A stretch of 37,394 nt of DNA from Planctomycetota bacterium (GTDB lineage: Bacteria > Planctomycetota > Planctomycetia > Pirellulales > Lacipirellulaceae): contig JBCCXZ010000037.1 of the NCBI GenBank assembly GCA_039190745.1, positions 1 to 37,394 on the forward strand, in the 5' to 3' direction. The first letter of the stretch is position 1. The number at the start of each line of letters is the position of its first letter. Below the pieces are notes generated by a model that did not search any database, was not told where the DNA came from, and saw nothing but the letters and a program-made list of their open reading frames with translations. Positions 29,141 through 37,394 of the stretch are shown here, one piece after another. Made by a program: the position numbers and the translations under genes.

Positions 29141-29971
29141 TCAGCGGCCGGTCGCGGCGAGTAGATTGGAGAGGCTCTCCCGAGCAACGGCCTCTCCACT
29201 CGGCTCGTAGCGGAAAGGCTCGACCGAGACCCAGCCGTCGTAGCCGGTCTCGGTGAGTGCGGTCATGATCGGCTCAAGGTCGATGTCGCCCATCCCCGGG
29301 CCGAGAAGGTTCGGGTCGTTGGCGTGGAAGTGAGCGGTCCAATCGGCGAAGTCTTGGATGATGTCGCTGATGGGGGTCGGCTCGCTGGCCATGGCTTTGA
29401 TGTCGAGGTGCAGCCGGCAACTCGGCGAGCCGACGCTTTGGGCGAGCCGTACCGCAGCGGAGGCTGTATTCAAGAAATCACCCTCGGCCGGCCCCAGTGG
29501 TTCGAGCGCAAGGGTCAAGCCGCGGTCTTCGAGTTCGGGAGTGACTCTGCGGAGGACTTCGGCGGCGTACTCCTCTGCCTGTGCGTGCGACACGCCCGGC
29601 AGCAGATTCCGCTGTTGCGGCGAGCCCAGCACGAGAACCTTGCCACCTAGCTGATCGCAGAGCCGAGCGAGTGCGAGGAAGTACTCGGCGGTTCGTTCTC
29701 TCACGGCGGAGTCGGGGCTCGTCAGGTACAGCCCGGAGGTTTTCGCGAGGAGCCAGTGCAGGCCGATAATCTCGAGCCCTTCTGCCCGAGCCGCGTCTCG
29801 GGCCTCGTTGACCGCCGCTTCGCTGAGCTTGCGGACATCCGAAGTCTCTTCTCCAGGCTGCAGCGTGAACGGGGCCACTTCTAGCCCGGTGTAGCCCATG
29901 CTCGCGGCGGAGCGGCAGCTCTCTACGAACGAAAGGCCTTCGAAGACTTCGTTGCAGATGGCGAAACGCAT
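29141..29971 (-). CDS. Sugar phosphate isomerase/epimerase (AP-endonuclease-2 TIM barrel, ketose 3-epimerase-like)
   Basis: MRFAICNEVF, GYTGLEVAP, LALEPL, LHLDIKAM, HFHAND, GPGMG, YDGWVSVEPF. Confidence 0.9.
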   Translation of the reverse strand: MRFAICNEVFEGLSFVESCRSAASMGYTGLEVAPFTLQPGEETSDVRKLSEAAVNEARDAARAEGLEIIGLHWLLAKTSGLYLTSPDSAVRERTAEYFLALARLCDQLGGKVLVLGSPQQRNLLPGVSHAQAEEYAAEVLRRVTPELEDRGLTLALEPLGPAEGDFLNTASAAVRLAQSVGSPSCRLHLDIKAMASEPTPISDIIQDFADWTAHFHANDPNLLGPGMGDIDLEPIMTALTETGYDGWVSVEPFRYEPSGEAVARESLSNLLAATGR

Positions 29972-30088
29972 CGTTTTGTGAAGATCAGGAAACTTGGCGG
30001 GTATTCCGGTATCCGTGGGCAACACGGCCGGCTGTGCGAAGTATATTGGGCGGCTTCTAGACAAACAACTAAGCGGGGTGCATCAGAG

Positions 30089-32032
30089 ATGAGGTTTAGC
30101 TTGCTGTTGGGTTGTGTTGTTTCCCTTTCACTGGCTTGCGGTCCGGCCGTCGCTTCGGCCCACGATGCTTCGGAAGAGGGCTCTTCGGAAAAGGGCAGCC
30201 CCGGAAACGGGGGTGTAGCGGTCCTGGCCGATGGGTACGCCGACTTGACCCTGCCGGTGATCGATTGCCCGAAGCCTTGGTCGGACAAACCACTGCTGGA
30301 CGACCCCGAGAGGTTTCAGATTGCGATCATGACCGACCGCACCGGCGGCCACCGCCCGGGTGTGTGGATGGACGCGGTCCGGAAGCTGAACATACTCCGC
30401 CCGCAATTCGTAATGTCGGTCGGAGACCTGATCGAAGGCTACACCGAAGACCGCGATCAAGTGGATCGAGAGTGGGACGAGTTTCTTGGTTTCATTGACC
30501 AGATGCAGATGAAGTTTTTCTTTGTCGCGGGCAACCACGACCTCTCGAACCCGATGATGCACGAAAAATGGCGCGAACGCTTCGGCCCGAAGTGGTATTC
30601 GTTTGATTACAAAGGGGTTCATTTCGTCTGTCTTTGCAGCGAAGACCCGGTCAACCGCATTGGCGACAAGCAAGTCGAATGGCTCGCCAAAGACCTGGCG
30701 GAGCACAGAGACGCACGCTGGACTCTGGTGTTTCTGCACAAGCCGCTCTGGACGTACGCCGAGCGAGACCTGGAGCGGGGCGAGGAGGACAGCACCAACT
30801 TCAAGCGGGTCGAGGCTTTGTTGAGCGACCGTCCGCATACCGTCTTCGCCGGGCACGTACACCATTACGTGCAGTACGAACGCAACGGCCAACAGTACAT
30901 CCATCTCGCCACGACGGGAGGCGGCTCGCGTCAACGGGGCGTTCCCTACGGCGAGTTCGACCACGTCATGTGGCTGACGATGGAAGCCGACGGGCCCCAC
31001 TTGGCGATCCTGAAGCTCGACGGAGTACTCGCCCCCGACACGATCAACGAGGCTGGCATCGCGCGGTTCCGGCGTTTTCTCGATGAGGTCCGCATCACGG
31101 CGGAGCCGATCCTGCTAGACGACCAACGAGGGTTTGAGGGCGGAACCATCCAGTTTCAGTTGGAGAACAACTTCGATCAGCCGGTTGAGATTACGGGGAA
31201 GATATCGGGGCTGCCGATGACCGGCATCACGGTCGACTCTACAGACATATCGCTGAACGCCGAAGCGGGGGACAAAGCCAAGCAGAGTGTGCGTGTAGGC
31301 TTCCGCGACTCGGTCGGCTTTGCCGATCTGCAGTCTGGGCGCGTTATTGCTTCGATCAAGTCCATCGGCGACGGAGCACTCACCGCTGAGCGGACCGTCC
31401 CGATTGTGATCGACGAGCGCTTCACTATTTCTGAGGCCGACTCGGAGCCGGAGATCGACGGAGACCTTCGCGATTGGGGAGAGCTGGAATTGGCCTCCGC
31501 AGAGGAACCGTTGTTGACCGGTAACCCCGAAGAATGGAACGGCCCCGGCGACGCCTCCGTGCGTTTTTCTACTGCTTATGACTCGGAATGGGTCTACGTG
31601 GCAGCGGAGGTGACCGACGATCAAGTTGTGGAAGGTGACAAGGTGATGGCCTACATCGACGGGCGTCCGATCGACGATCGACGGCGCGACCCAGACTACC
31701 AATGGAACGGCGCTGCGGTCGGCGGGGGCCCGTCCGAGGCGGAGCCTTTTGAGATGAAATGGCTGCGACGCGGGCGCCGGGTCCGGCAGGCCAAGGGTGC
31801 GATTGTGAAATCAGACGAGGGCTACCGGGCAGAGATGGCCGTGCCGGTTTGGGCCCTTACCCGTGAACGAGAGAATTGGGGGAGCCACCAGCTCACGATT
31901 GTTGTGCACGATGTCGACGCTTCAAGCGACGAGGGTTGCAGCGTGGTTTGGCGGGGCACACCCAGGTATGGCGAAGACAGCACGGGGTTTGGGCATTTCC
32001 TTCGGGAGCCTCAAACCCAGGCTCAACGCTAG
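30089..32032 (+). CDS. Secreted metallophosphoesterase with C-terminal CBM9/DOMON-like sugar-binding domain
   Basis: Signal peptide; MTDRTGGH, VGDLIEG, AGNHD, FLHKP, AGHVHH; C-terminal PEIDGDLRDW...YDSEWVYVAAEVTDD...GYRAEMAVP. Confidence 0.87.
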   Translation: MRFSLLLGCVVSLSLACGPAVASAHDASEEGSSEKGSPGNGGVAVLADGYADLTLPVIDCPKPWSDKPLLDDPERFQIAIMTDRTGGHRPGVWMDAVRKLNILRPQFVMSVGDLIEGYTEDRDQVDREWDEFLGFIDQMQMKFFFVAGNHDLSNPMMHEKWRERFGPKWYSFDYKGVHFVCLCSEDPVNRIGDKQVEWLAKDLAEHRDARWTLVFLHKPLWTYAERDLERGEEDSTNFKRVEALLSDRPHTVFAGHVHHYVQYERNGQQYIHLATTGGGSRQRGVPYGEFDHVMWLTMEADGPHLAILKLDGVLAPDTINEAGIARFRRFLDEVRITAEPILLDDQRGFEGGTIQFQLENNFDQPVEITGKISGLPMTGITVDSTDISLNAEAGDKAKQSVRVGFRDSVGFADLQSGRVIASIKSIGDGALTAERTVPIVIDERFTISEADSEPEIDGDLRDWGELELASAEEPLLTGNPEEWNGPGDASVRFSTAYDSEWVYVAAEVTDDQVVEGDKVMAYIDGRPIDDRRRDPDYQWNGAAVGGGPSEAEPFEMKWLRRGRRVRQAKGAIVKSDEGYRAEMAVPVWALTRERENWGSHQLTIVVHDVDASSDEGCSVVWRGTPRYGEDSTGFGHFLREPQTQAQR

Positions 32033-33843
32033 TTGACCTGTTTCGGGCTCTTCAGCGGAACCGCCACCGTCTTGCCCGAGGCGTGCGAGACGAAGACGGC
32101 CGCGTCGCCCGTTCGAGCCGCGGCTTCTAGCGCCGTGGTTGCTCGGCTGATTAACTCGACCGCGGTGTCCGTCACGCAGCCTTCGGCGACTCCGACGCTG
32201 CCTTTGACCGAGACGCGTGCTTTGCCTTCGACGGCGATCTTCACCTGGGTCGCCGCGGTGCGGATGCGTGCGGCGACCATGACGGCGTCTGCAACACTCA
32301 TCTGCTGCAGTAGAACCGCGTAGATGCCGCTGTCGAAATCGCAGCAGTGGTCCATCTCCCTCGTGTTCGCGTCCAGTAACCGAGCGATCGCGTCGTGGAG
32401 GGCGTGGGCGGCGTCTGAGCCGGGCGTGACCGAGTTGCCTGCGTCGACGTGCAGCAAGACGACGGTGCTGCTCGGGCCGCCGCGTTTCCAGAGGGCGAGG
32501 CTGCGGCTGACGCTGTGGAAGAACACCGTGCGTGACGAGAGCAAGGCCCGTGCGGTGTCGCCGAGTTTGGCGCCGCTCGAGGCGTCGACTTTCTTGCTCG
32601 TTATCTTGTCGGCGGAGCGGCGTTGCTTCCCGGTTTGGTTGCGAGCCTGCTCCTGCTCTTTCGGAGGTTCCGATCCCCAATCGACACACTCTTTGCCGTT
32701 GTGGAAGCACACGCGGTCGCGACCACCGCGTTTGGCAGCGTACAGTGCCTGGTCGGCGCGCTCGACAACGTCTTCGCGGGATTCTCCTTGGGCGGCGACG
32801 GCAACACCCATGCTGGCGGTCACGCGAATACTGTCCGTCCGGCTCCGGGTCTCGGAGGCTCGGATGTCTTGCAGCACCCGCAGCGTAATGCGTTGCAGCG
32901 AATCTGTGTCGACGTCGAGCACACGCCAGGCCAGTTCTTCACCGCCGTACCTGGCCAGGAAGTCGGTTTGCCGCGTCTGAGCCGACAGCACGCCGGAGGC
33001 CTCGCGGAGCACGGCGTCGCCGGCCTGGTGTCCGAACCTGTCGTTGACCGACTTGAAGTCGTCCAGGTCGATCAGCACGATCGCGAAGGGCCTGCCGTTG
33101 TTGGCTAGAAAATCGACGCAGCGTTGCGCCTCTCGGTCAAACTCCCCACGGTTCATCAGACCCGTTAGGGCATCGGTGACACTCGTGATCGCCTGGCTTT
33201 CGAGCGCGACCGACTGCGCCTGTAGTTTCCGGTCTGCTTCGACAATGTCTTCTTGCATTTGAGTGGCCGCAGCGATTAAGGACCCCACGGCGGACACGAT
33301 GTCGGTGGAACTGCTGCTTGGCTTCTCAGCCTCGTCATTGCAGCTGGCGACATCTTCTCGGTGGCGCTTCACCGTGCTCGAGACCTGCTTCGCGATTTGC
33401 CGCAAGTCGTCGAGGACCCGCTCGTCGGCCGTCGGTTTCAGCTTCTGCTTGGCTTTGCTCTTTTTGGGCGGGTGTTCTCGGAGCCACCACTGGATCTCCT
33501 CTTCACGCTTGCCTAATGAAGCCTCGATGTCGTCGAGTTGATTGATGAGGCGTTTGTTGTCGTCGATCAGGCCTGAGATGAGTTCGGTGTTGCCGCCGCC
33601 TTGGGCGGACTCCTTCTCGAGAAGGTCTTCTAGTTCCTTCAACCGGCGTTTGTGGACATCGACGACCTGACGAGCTTCGTCGGCGGCGTGCTGGAGGTCG
33701 GCTAGCGTCTGCCCAACGAAGGCGCGGTCACTATTCCACACGGGATCACGCTTCGCGCGAACGCCGCGGAGCTTCCAGCCGAGCGCGGCCCCCCCAGAGG
33801 CGCCTAGGCCGATACAGATCACGTCGGAAAGGCCGAAGTACAT
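32029..33843 (-). CDS. Membrane-anchored diguanylate cyclase with a second, degenerate GGDEF domain
   Basis: N-terminal TM helix and coiled coils; TDALTGLMNR, IDLDDFKSVNDRFGHQAGD, RQTD-FLARY-GGEEL, ADQALYAAK; C-terminal GGDEF-like domain with REMD-HCCDF-DSGIY. Confidence 0.9.
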   Translation of the reverse strand: MYFGLSDVICIGLGASGGAALGWKLRGVRAKRDPVWNSDRAFVGQTLADLQHAADEARQVVDVHKRRLKELEDLLEKESAQGGGNTELISGLIDDNKRLINQLDDIEASLGKREEEIQWWLREHPPKKSKAKQKLKPTADERVLDDLRQIAKQVSSTVKRHREDVASCNDEAEKPSSSSTDIVSAVGSLIAAATQMQEDIVEADRKLQAQSVALESQAITSVTDALTGLMNRGEFDREAQRCVDFLANNGRPFAIVLIDLDDFKSVNDRFGHQAGDAVLREASGVLSAQTRQTDFLARYGGEELAWRVLDVDTDSLQRITLRVLQDIRASETRSRTDSIRVTASMGVAVAAQGESREDVVERADQALYAAKRGGRDRVCFHNGKECVDWGSEPPKEQEQARNQTGKQRRSADKITSKKVDASSGAKLGDTARALLSSRTVFFHSVSRSLALWKRGGPSSTVVLLHVDAGNSVTPGSDAAHALHDAIARLLDANTREMDHCCDFDSGIYAVLLQQMSVADAVMVAARIRTAATQVKIAVEGKARVSVKGSVGVAEGCVTDTAVELISRATTALEAAARTGDAAVFVSHASGKTVAVPLKSPKQVN

Positions 33844-34181
33844 GAGAGCGGGGCAGTCGGACTGGAGGACCGTGGGTGGCGGCAGCAGACACGAAAATGT
33901 AGGTCACTCCGCTCGTCCGATGGCCTGTCGATAGTGGTAAACCGCTAGAGTGACGATTGTTCCGGTTCTAAGACCCATGGGTCGACCCACCCTGTCGCGG
34001 TAGGCCGTGCCCAGCCAGGGATCGGAGAGGTAGGGTTCATAGAGAGCTCTGCGGACAAGGAACAGGACTTGCGCCGTTGGATGGTTTTGGGGGCGTCGGA
34101 TAGACAGGGCGTTCAAAGAGGCAGCACGCAAAGATAAAGATAGCGCCTAAATCGATGGGGATTCGAGGGAGGAAGGACACA

Positions 34182-34349
34182 ATGCAAGAAACAATCGATG
34201 CCTTATCGCGGTACGTAAACGACGGGATGGGCGCCTCTTGGGCTTGGATCAATTCATTGAACACCGAGGAGTGGTTTGTGCTGCTTGGCGCAACCGCGTT
34301 AGCGGGTTTCCTGTGCATGCGTGGAATCACGAACGGCAAACGCGCGTAA
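34182..34349 (+). CDS. Small single-TM hypothetical protein (55 aa)
   Basis: AGGAAGGA RBS; W..SLN.EEWFVLLGATALAGFLCMRG hydrophobic helix. Confidence 0.7.
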   Translation: MQETIDALSRYVNDGMGASWAWINSLNTEEWFVLLGATALAGFLCMRGITNGKRA

Positions 34350-34420
34350 CCGATACTCCGACTGATGTCGACGTGCCCCGCTAGGGGGGCGGTTCTCTTC
34401 TCTGATTGGTGGGGCAGGCG

Positions 34421-35449
34421 ATGTTCGACGAATTGCTGTCGATCCCCGAAGGGTTCGGACTCGCAGATAGCGTTGCGATGTCTGTGGTTGCAGTGCTGGG
34501 CTACTTGTTCGGCAGGCAGTCCAGCGGTCGTGTGATGAACGAGTGTTCGGCCGGGCTCCGGACAGAACTCGATCGCGCCTCCCGAGTCGCCGAGGAGATC
34601 GAACTCACCTCGGCGGGCATCCAAGGAGAACTCAAGCGTCACCGGGATAGCGTCAGGCGTTTTCAAAAGAAAGTCAGGAAGTTTCAGGAGGCCCCTACCG
34701 CCGAGGGGTGGGAGGTCATCGGTCGCGAGGCCGACGCGTTGCTTGGGCCGACGCTACGCCTGGCCACCCATCTGGCAGGCTCGAACGAGCAGCTGAGGAA
34801 GCACGCGAACCAACTCGTCACGTTTGCCGATTCTCGAATCGACCGGTTGACAGGGTTGCACAACCGACGTGCGTTCCAAGAGTTGCTCCGGGCCCAATTG
34901 CAAGTTGGGCACGACATGGAGGCGTCGTTCAGCGTTGTGCTGCTAAACCTCTCGCCCCGCCCCGGCACTGCGGTCTTAACGGACGAAGAGACGCAGCACT
35001 TCTCCGCGGTGTTGGACGAAGTCCGCCGCGCGAACGACGTTCCGGCACACACGGGGGTCGACGAGTTTGCGGTGATCCTCCCACAGACTAAAACTACAGG
35101 TGCGGCTACTTTTGCGAAGCGGCTCATGGACCGCGTCGCTCAAGACACAGAGCTGACACTCTATGGTGCTGTCGTGAGTTCGATCCGCGGCGAGTCCGAC
35201 GAGCGGCTTCTTTCGAGAGCAGGGTCGGCGCTCTACAGCGCTCGGGCGGTTGGCCAGTCCAGCCTGTTCTTGCACACGGGCATCTCGATCCAGGAGTACC
35301 AGCTCGAGACGGAAGCAACTCGCCAGCTCGACTCTGGCGACGGGTCGTTGGGCGGCGAAGCAGATGGCGATAAGGTCGATGGCCATGAAAAAACCGGTGA
35401 CCAACCCGCTGCGGACGAGGCGGTGTGTGCGGCGACCGGAGCGGCTTAA
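34421..35449 (+). CDS. Membrane-anchored degenerate GGDEF protein
   Basis: TM helix (VVAVLGYLFGR) and coiled coil; IDRLTGLHNRRAF; RAND-VPAHT-GVDEF; metal-binding Asp replaced (VLLNLS). Confidence 0.85.
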   Translation: MFDELLSIPEGFGLADSVAMSVVAVLGYLFGRQSSGRVMNECSAGLRTELDRASRVAEEIELTSAGIQGELKRHRDSVRRFQKKVRKFQEAPTAEGWEVIGREADALLGPTLRLATHLAGSNEQLRKHANQLVTFADSRIDRLTGLHNRRAFQELLRAQLQVGHDMEASFSVVLLNLSPRPGTAVLTDEETQHFSAVLDEVRRANDVPAHTGVDEFAVILPQTKTTGAATFAKRLMDRVAQDTELTLYGAVVSSIRGESDERLLSRAGSALYSARAVGQSSLFLHTGISIQEYQLETEATRQLDSGDGSLGGEADGDKVDGHEKTGDQPAADEAVCAATGAA

Positions 35450-35537
35450 GGCGGCCGTCCTCGGCTCCGCGAGCCGCTTGAGATCATCGGCAGCGACGAC
35501 TAATATCGACCCCGTACCGCAGAGAAACTGCGTCGCG

Positions 35538-35567
35538 TTGACACCCCCAGCCGGGCCGGAATAAACT
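35538..35567 (+). promoter_or_regulatory. Putative sigma70 promoter of the DUF6793-like gene
   Basis: TTGACA(35538-43)-18 nt-TAAACT(35562-67). Confidence 0.5.
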
Positions 35568-35722
35568 GGCTTCCGTCGTAGTTCGAGGCGGTCGTCGGCG
35601 TTGTATCGGTCCCGTTCCGGCGTGCTCGGACCTCTCGGTACGGCCACGCCGCGTTTATGGATCGACCGCCGAATCGCTTGGTACTTTCGAGTAATCGCGG
35701 TTGACGCTAGAAGGAGATCGCT

Positions 35723-36046
35723 ATGCCTTTGTTCGAGGTCGAAACGGACAGTCACATCATCATCACCTGGGCGAGCGACAGCGACGAAGCCTCTGCTGTG
35801 GTTGCTGACGCCTACCCGAACGACACGGTGACACGGCTCACCAAGCGTCCCCGAGACACGTGGGTAATCTCGAAATCGGCGTTGGGAATCGCCGGAGTCC
35901 TCGACCCGTGCAATACGGCGCGCGACTGCCTGTCGAAAGCAGAAGGCGACAAGCTCCACGCGATCCGGCTCTACATGCAAGAAACCGGTTCCGATCTCGA
36001 ACAGTCACGCCGCGCGATCGAGTCGAACATGGTTATGGGCTGGTAG
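35723..36046 (+). CDS. Conserved planctomycete protein (DUF6793-like)
   Basis: AAGGAG RBS; MPLFEVETDSHIIITWA...RLTKRPRDTWVISKSALG...ARDCLSKAEGDKLHAIRLYM...IESNMVMGW. Confidence 0.8.
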   Translation: MPLFEVETDSHIIITWASDSDEASAVVADAYPNDTVTRLTKRPRDTWVISKSALGIAGVLDPCNTARDCLSKAEGDKLHAIRLYMQETGSDLEQSRRAIESNMVMGW

Positions 36047-36185
36047 GGCCGAGATTCCCTGCCAGTTTCTTACTGCCGCAGATTCTTCCTGAGGCAGGCG
36101 CATCGCGAGCGAGCGGCAAAGTTAACCTCTCGTACGATGGCTTTGTGGGCCCGAGCTCAAGACGCCGCCGGGTCCGGCGAGGCTA

Positions 36186-37091
36186 TTAGCGGTAGCGGCC
36201 TTGATCGGCTGACGGACTTGCAGGCTCTTTTGCGGTTGGGGCCGGATTGCTCGCTTGAGGTTGTTCGGGGCGTGTGGCGATAGAAACTGGGGCCGTTGCG
36301 GGATAGCTGCTCGGGTAGCTACCCGTTCCGCCGGGCCGGTAGGGCTCAGTTGTAGCGACCTGAGCGGCAGATGTTTCTGAAGTCGTGACCGATTGAGGTT
36401 CAGCCGCAGGCTGATCAGCGGCAGCGTAGGCGGGTGCGATTTCGGCCGATGGAGTGGGCGAAGAACCGTACCGACTTGCAGCGACCGGTGGCTGAGCCGT
36501 TGGGTCGAACGGGACTGCCTTCTCGGCGGCAGCCGCATAAGCTGGGGCAGGAGTGCTGGAAGCAGCGAGGCCGCTAGGCGTGGGCTCGCTTGACCCATAA
36601 CCATAGTCTGCCGGCGAGGGCGTCCGGTCCGAGCCCGCAACCGTTCCGTAGCCATAGCGATCGGTTGGGGTCGGAGTTGTCGGCGAGTCGGCCGGGCTCG
36701 TTGAGGCGGGGGCCGACGACGCGATACTGCTGGGGTCGTAGGGAGAGATCGCCGCCGCGGCCTTCTCAACCGGTGATTGCTGCTCCGGGAGGCTCGCGAA
36801 GCCGGCGGGCGTAGAGGTTGAAGGGAACGCCGGAGCCGCGCTGTCGACACCCGTCGACGCCGGGGGCGAGTAAGGCGGTGCTTGGGAAGCAATTGCTTCG
36901 GTCCCTGCGGCCGCAACGCCTTCCAACTGCTTGGCGATCTCGGACGGCAACTCCGGGGCCGCGTTTGCCAAAGCCGTGCTCTCCGCGGCGTCGGCTTTGG
37001 GTTTCCAGAAAGCGAGCTTCTGTGCTGATTTGCAACCGATCGAGTTGGCGGTTGCGCTCAACAGCAACACGGCAGTTAGAGCGGTTCTCAT
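36186..37091 (-). CDS. Pro/Ala/Ser/Thr-rich low-complexity lipoprotein
   Basis: Signal peptide with lipobox SIGC; AAGGA RBS; conserved-looking PYRPGGTGSY motif near the C-terminus. Confidence 0.75.
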   Translation of the reverse strand: MRTALTAVLLLSATANSIGCKSAQKLAFWKPKADAAESTALANAAPELPSEIAKQLEGVAAAGTEAIASQAPPYSPPASTGVDSAAPAFPSTSTPAGFASLPEQQSPVEKAAAAISPYDPSSIASSAPASTSPADSPTTPTPTDRYGYGTVAGSDRTPSPADYGYGSSEPTPSGLAASSTPAPAYAAAAEKAVPFDPTAQPPVAASRYGSSPTPSAEIAPAYAAADQPAAEPQSVTTSETSAAQVATTEPYRPGGTGSYPSSYPATAPVSIATRPEQPQASNPAPTAKEPASPSADQGRYR

Positions 37092-37394
37092 GGCATCCTT
37101 GCCCTGGGTCGTTTTAGCGGGGGTCCCGTTCGGAGGCCGTCCAACGGTGCGGATTCCGATGGCCCACCTATCTCCGGTGGTCTCATCACTGAGATCGGCG
37201 CCATTTTATCCACTCGCCACAAAATCCCTACAAGCGGCAGTTTCGTGACAGCAGACGCCGTTGGTAGGCAGGTGAAATACCGCCCAGGCGGTAATGCGTC
37301 AACACCATCAAGCAGCTGGCGTTCACGCAACAAGGGCCGCACGCCAGCATAGCTAGAGTGCGGCCCCTGCTTGAGAGCGATGCTTGGCTAAAGC

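Noticed and set aside
32029..32032. Overlapping convergent stop codons (CTAG) of the phosphoesterase and DGC genes
   Set aside because: Common compact arrangement with no evidence of function.
33930..33995. c-di-GMP-I riboswitch-like words (GGTAAACC...GACG...CCGGTTCTAAG) between the GGDEF genes
   Set aside because: The GNRA tetraloop, GCAAA junction and P2 pairing cannot be built; an Rfam cmscan would be decisive.
37255..37394. Hairpin GGGCCGCAC/GTGCGGCCC near the window end as an ncRNA
   Set aside because: A single 9-bp GC stem with truncated context; no recognisable RNA family.

Overview
GC-rich (~65-70%) bacterial chromosomal segment, almost certainly Planctomycetota. The evidence is a planctomycete-type 'RRLRVEQLEERRVLA' export signal with dockerin-like tail, a DUF6793-like gene and a Tat-exported Gfo/Idh/MocA protein; a Pirellulales/Lacipirellulaceae-like origin is an inference. 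It contains tRNA-Cys(GCA), two NupG-type MFS transporters, an HD-GYP/PilZ/CBS operon, xylose isomerase, a doubly broken DUF488/YeaO-like gene, an exported Amidase_2 and a 1093-aa surface protein. Further along are an SSS sugar symporter, a nested REP/MITE-like repeat cluster, a hexuronate locus, sugar oxidoreductase/epimerase genes, a metallophosphoesterase and a divergent GGDEF pair. The hexuronate locus holds uxaC, an SDR mannonate oxidoreductase, an atypical NRAMP-fold transporter and a divergent LarA-superfamily epimerase. The most notable inference is a UxuA-less, nickel-pincer-dependent route from glucuronate via mannonate to gluconate, with a second LarA-like enzyme 14 kb away. No integrase, transposase or CRISPR array was seen. 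All family calls come from motif recognition by eye, not database searches.
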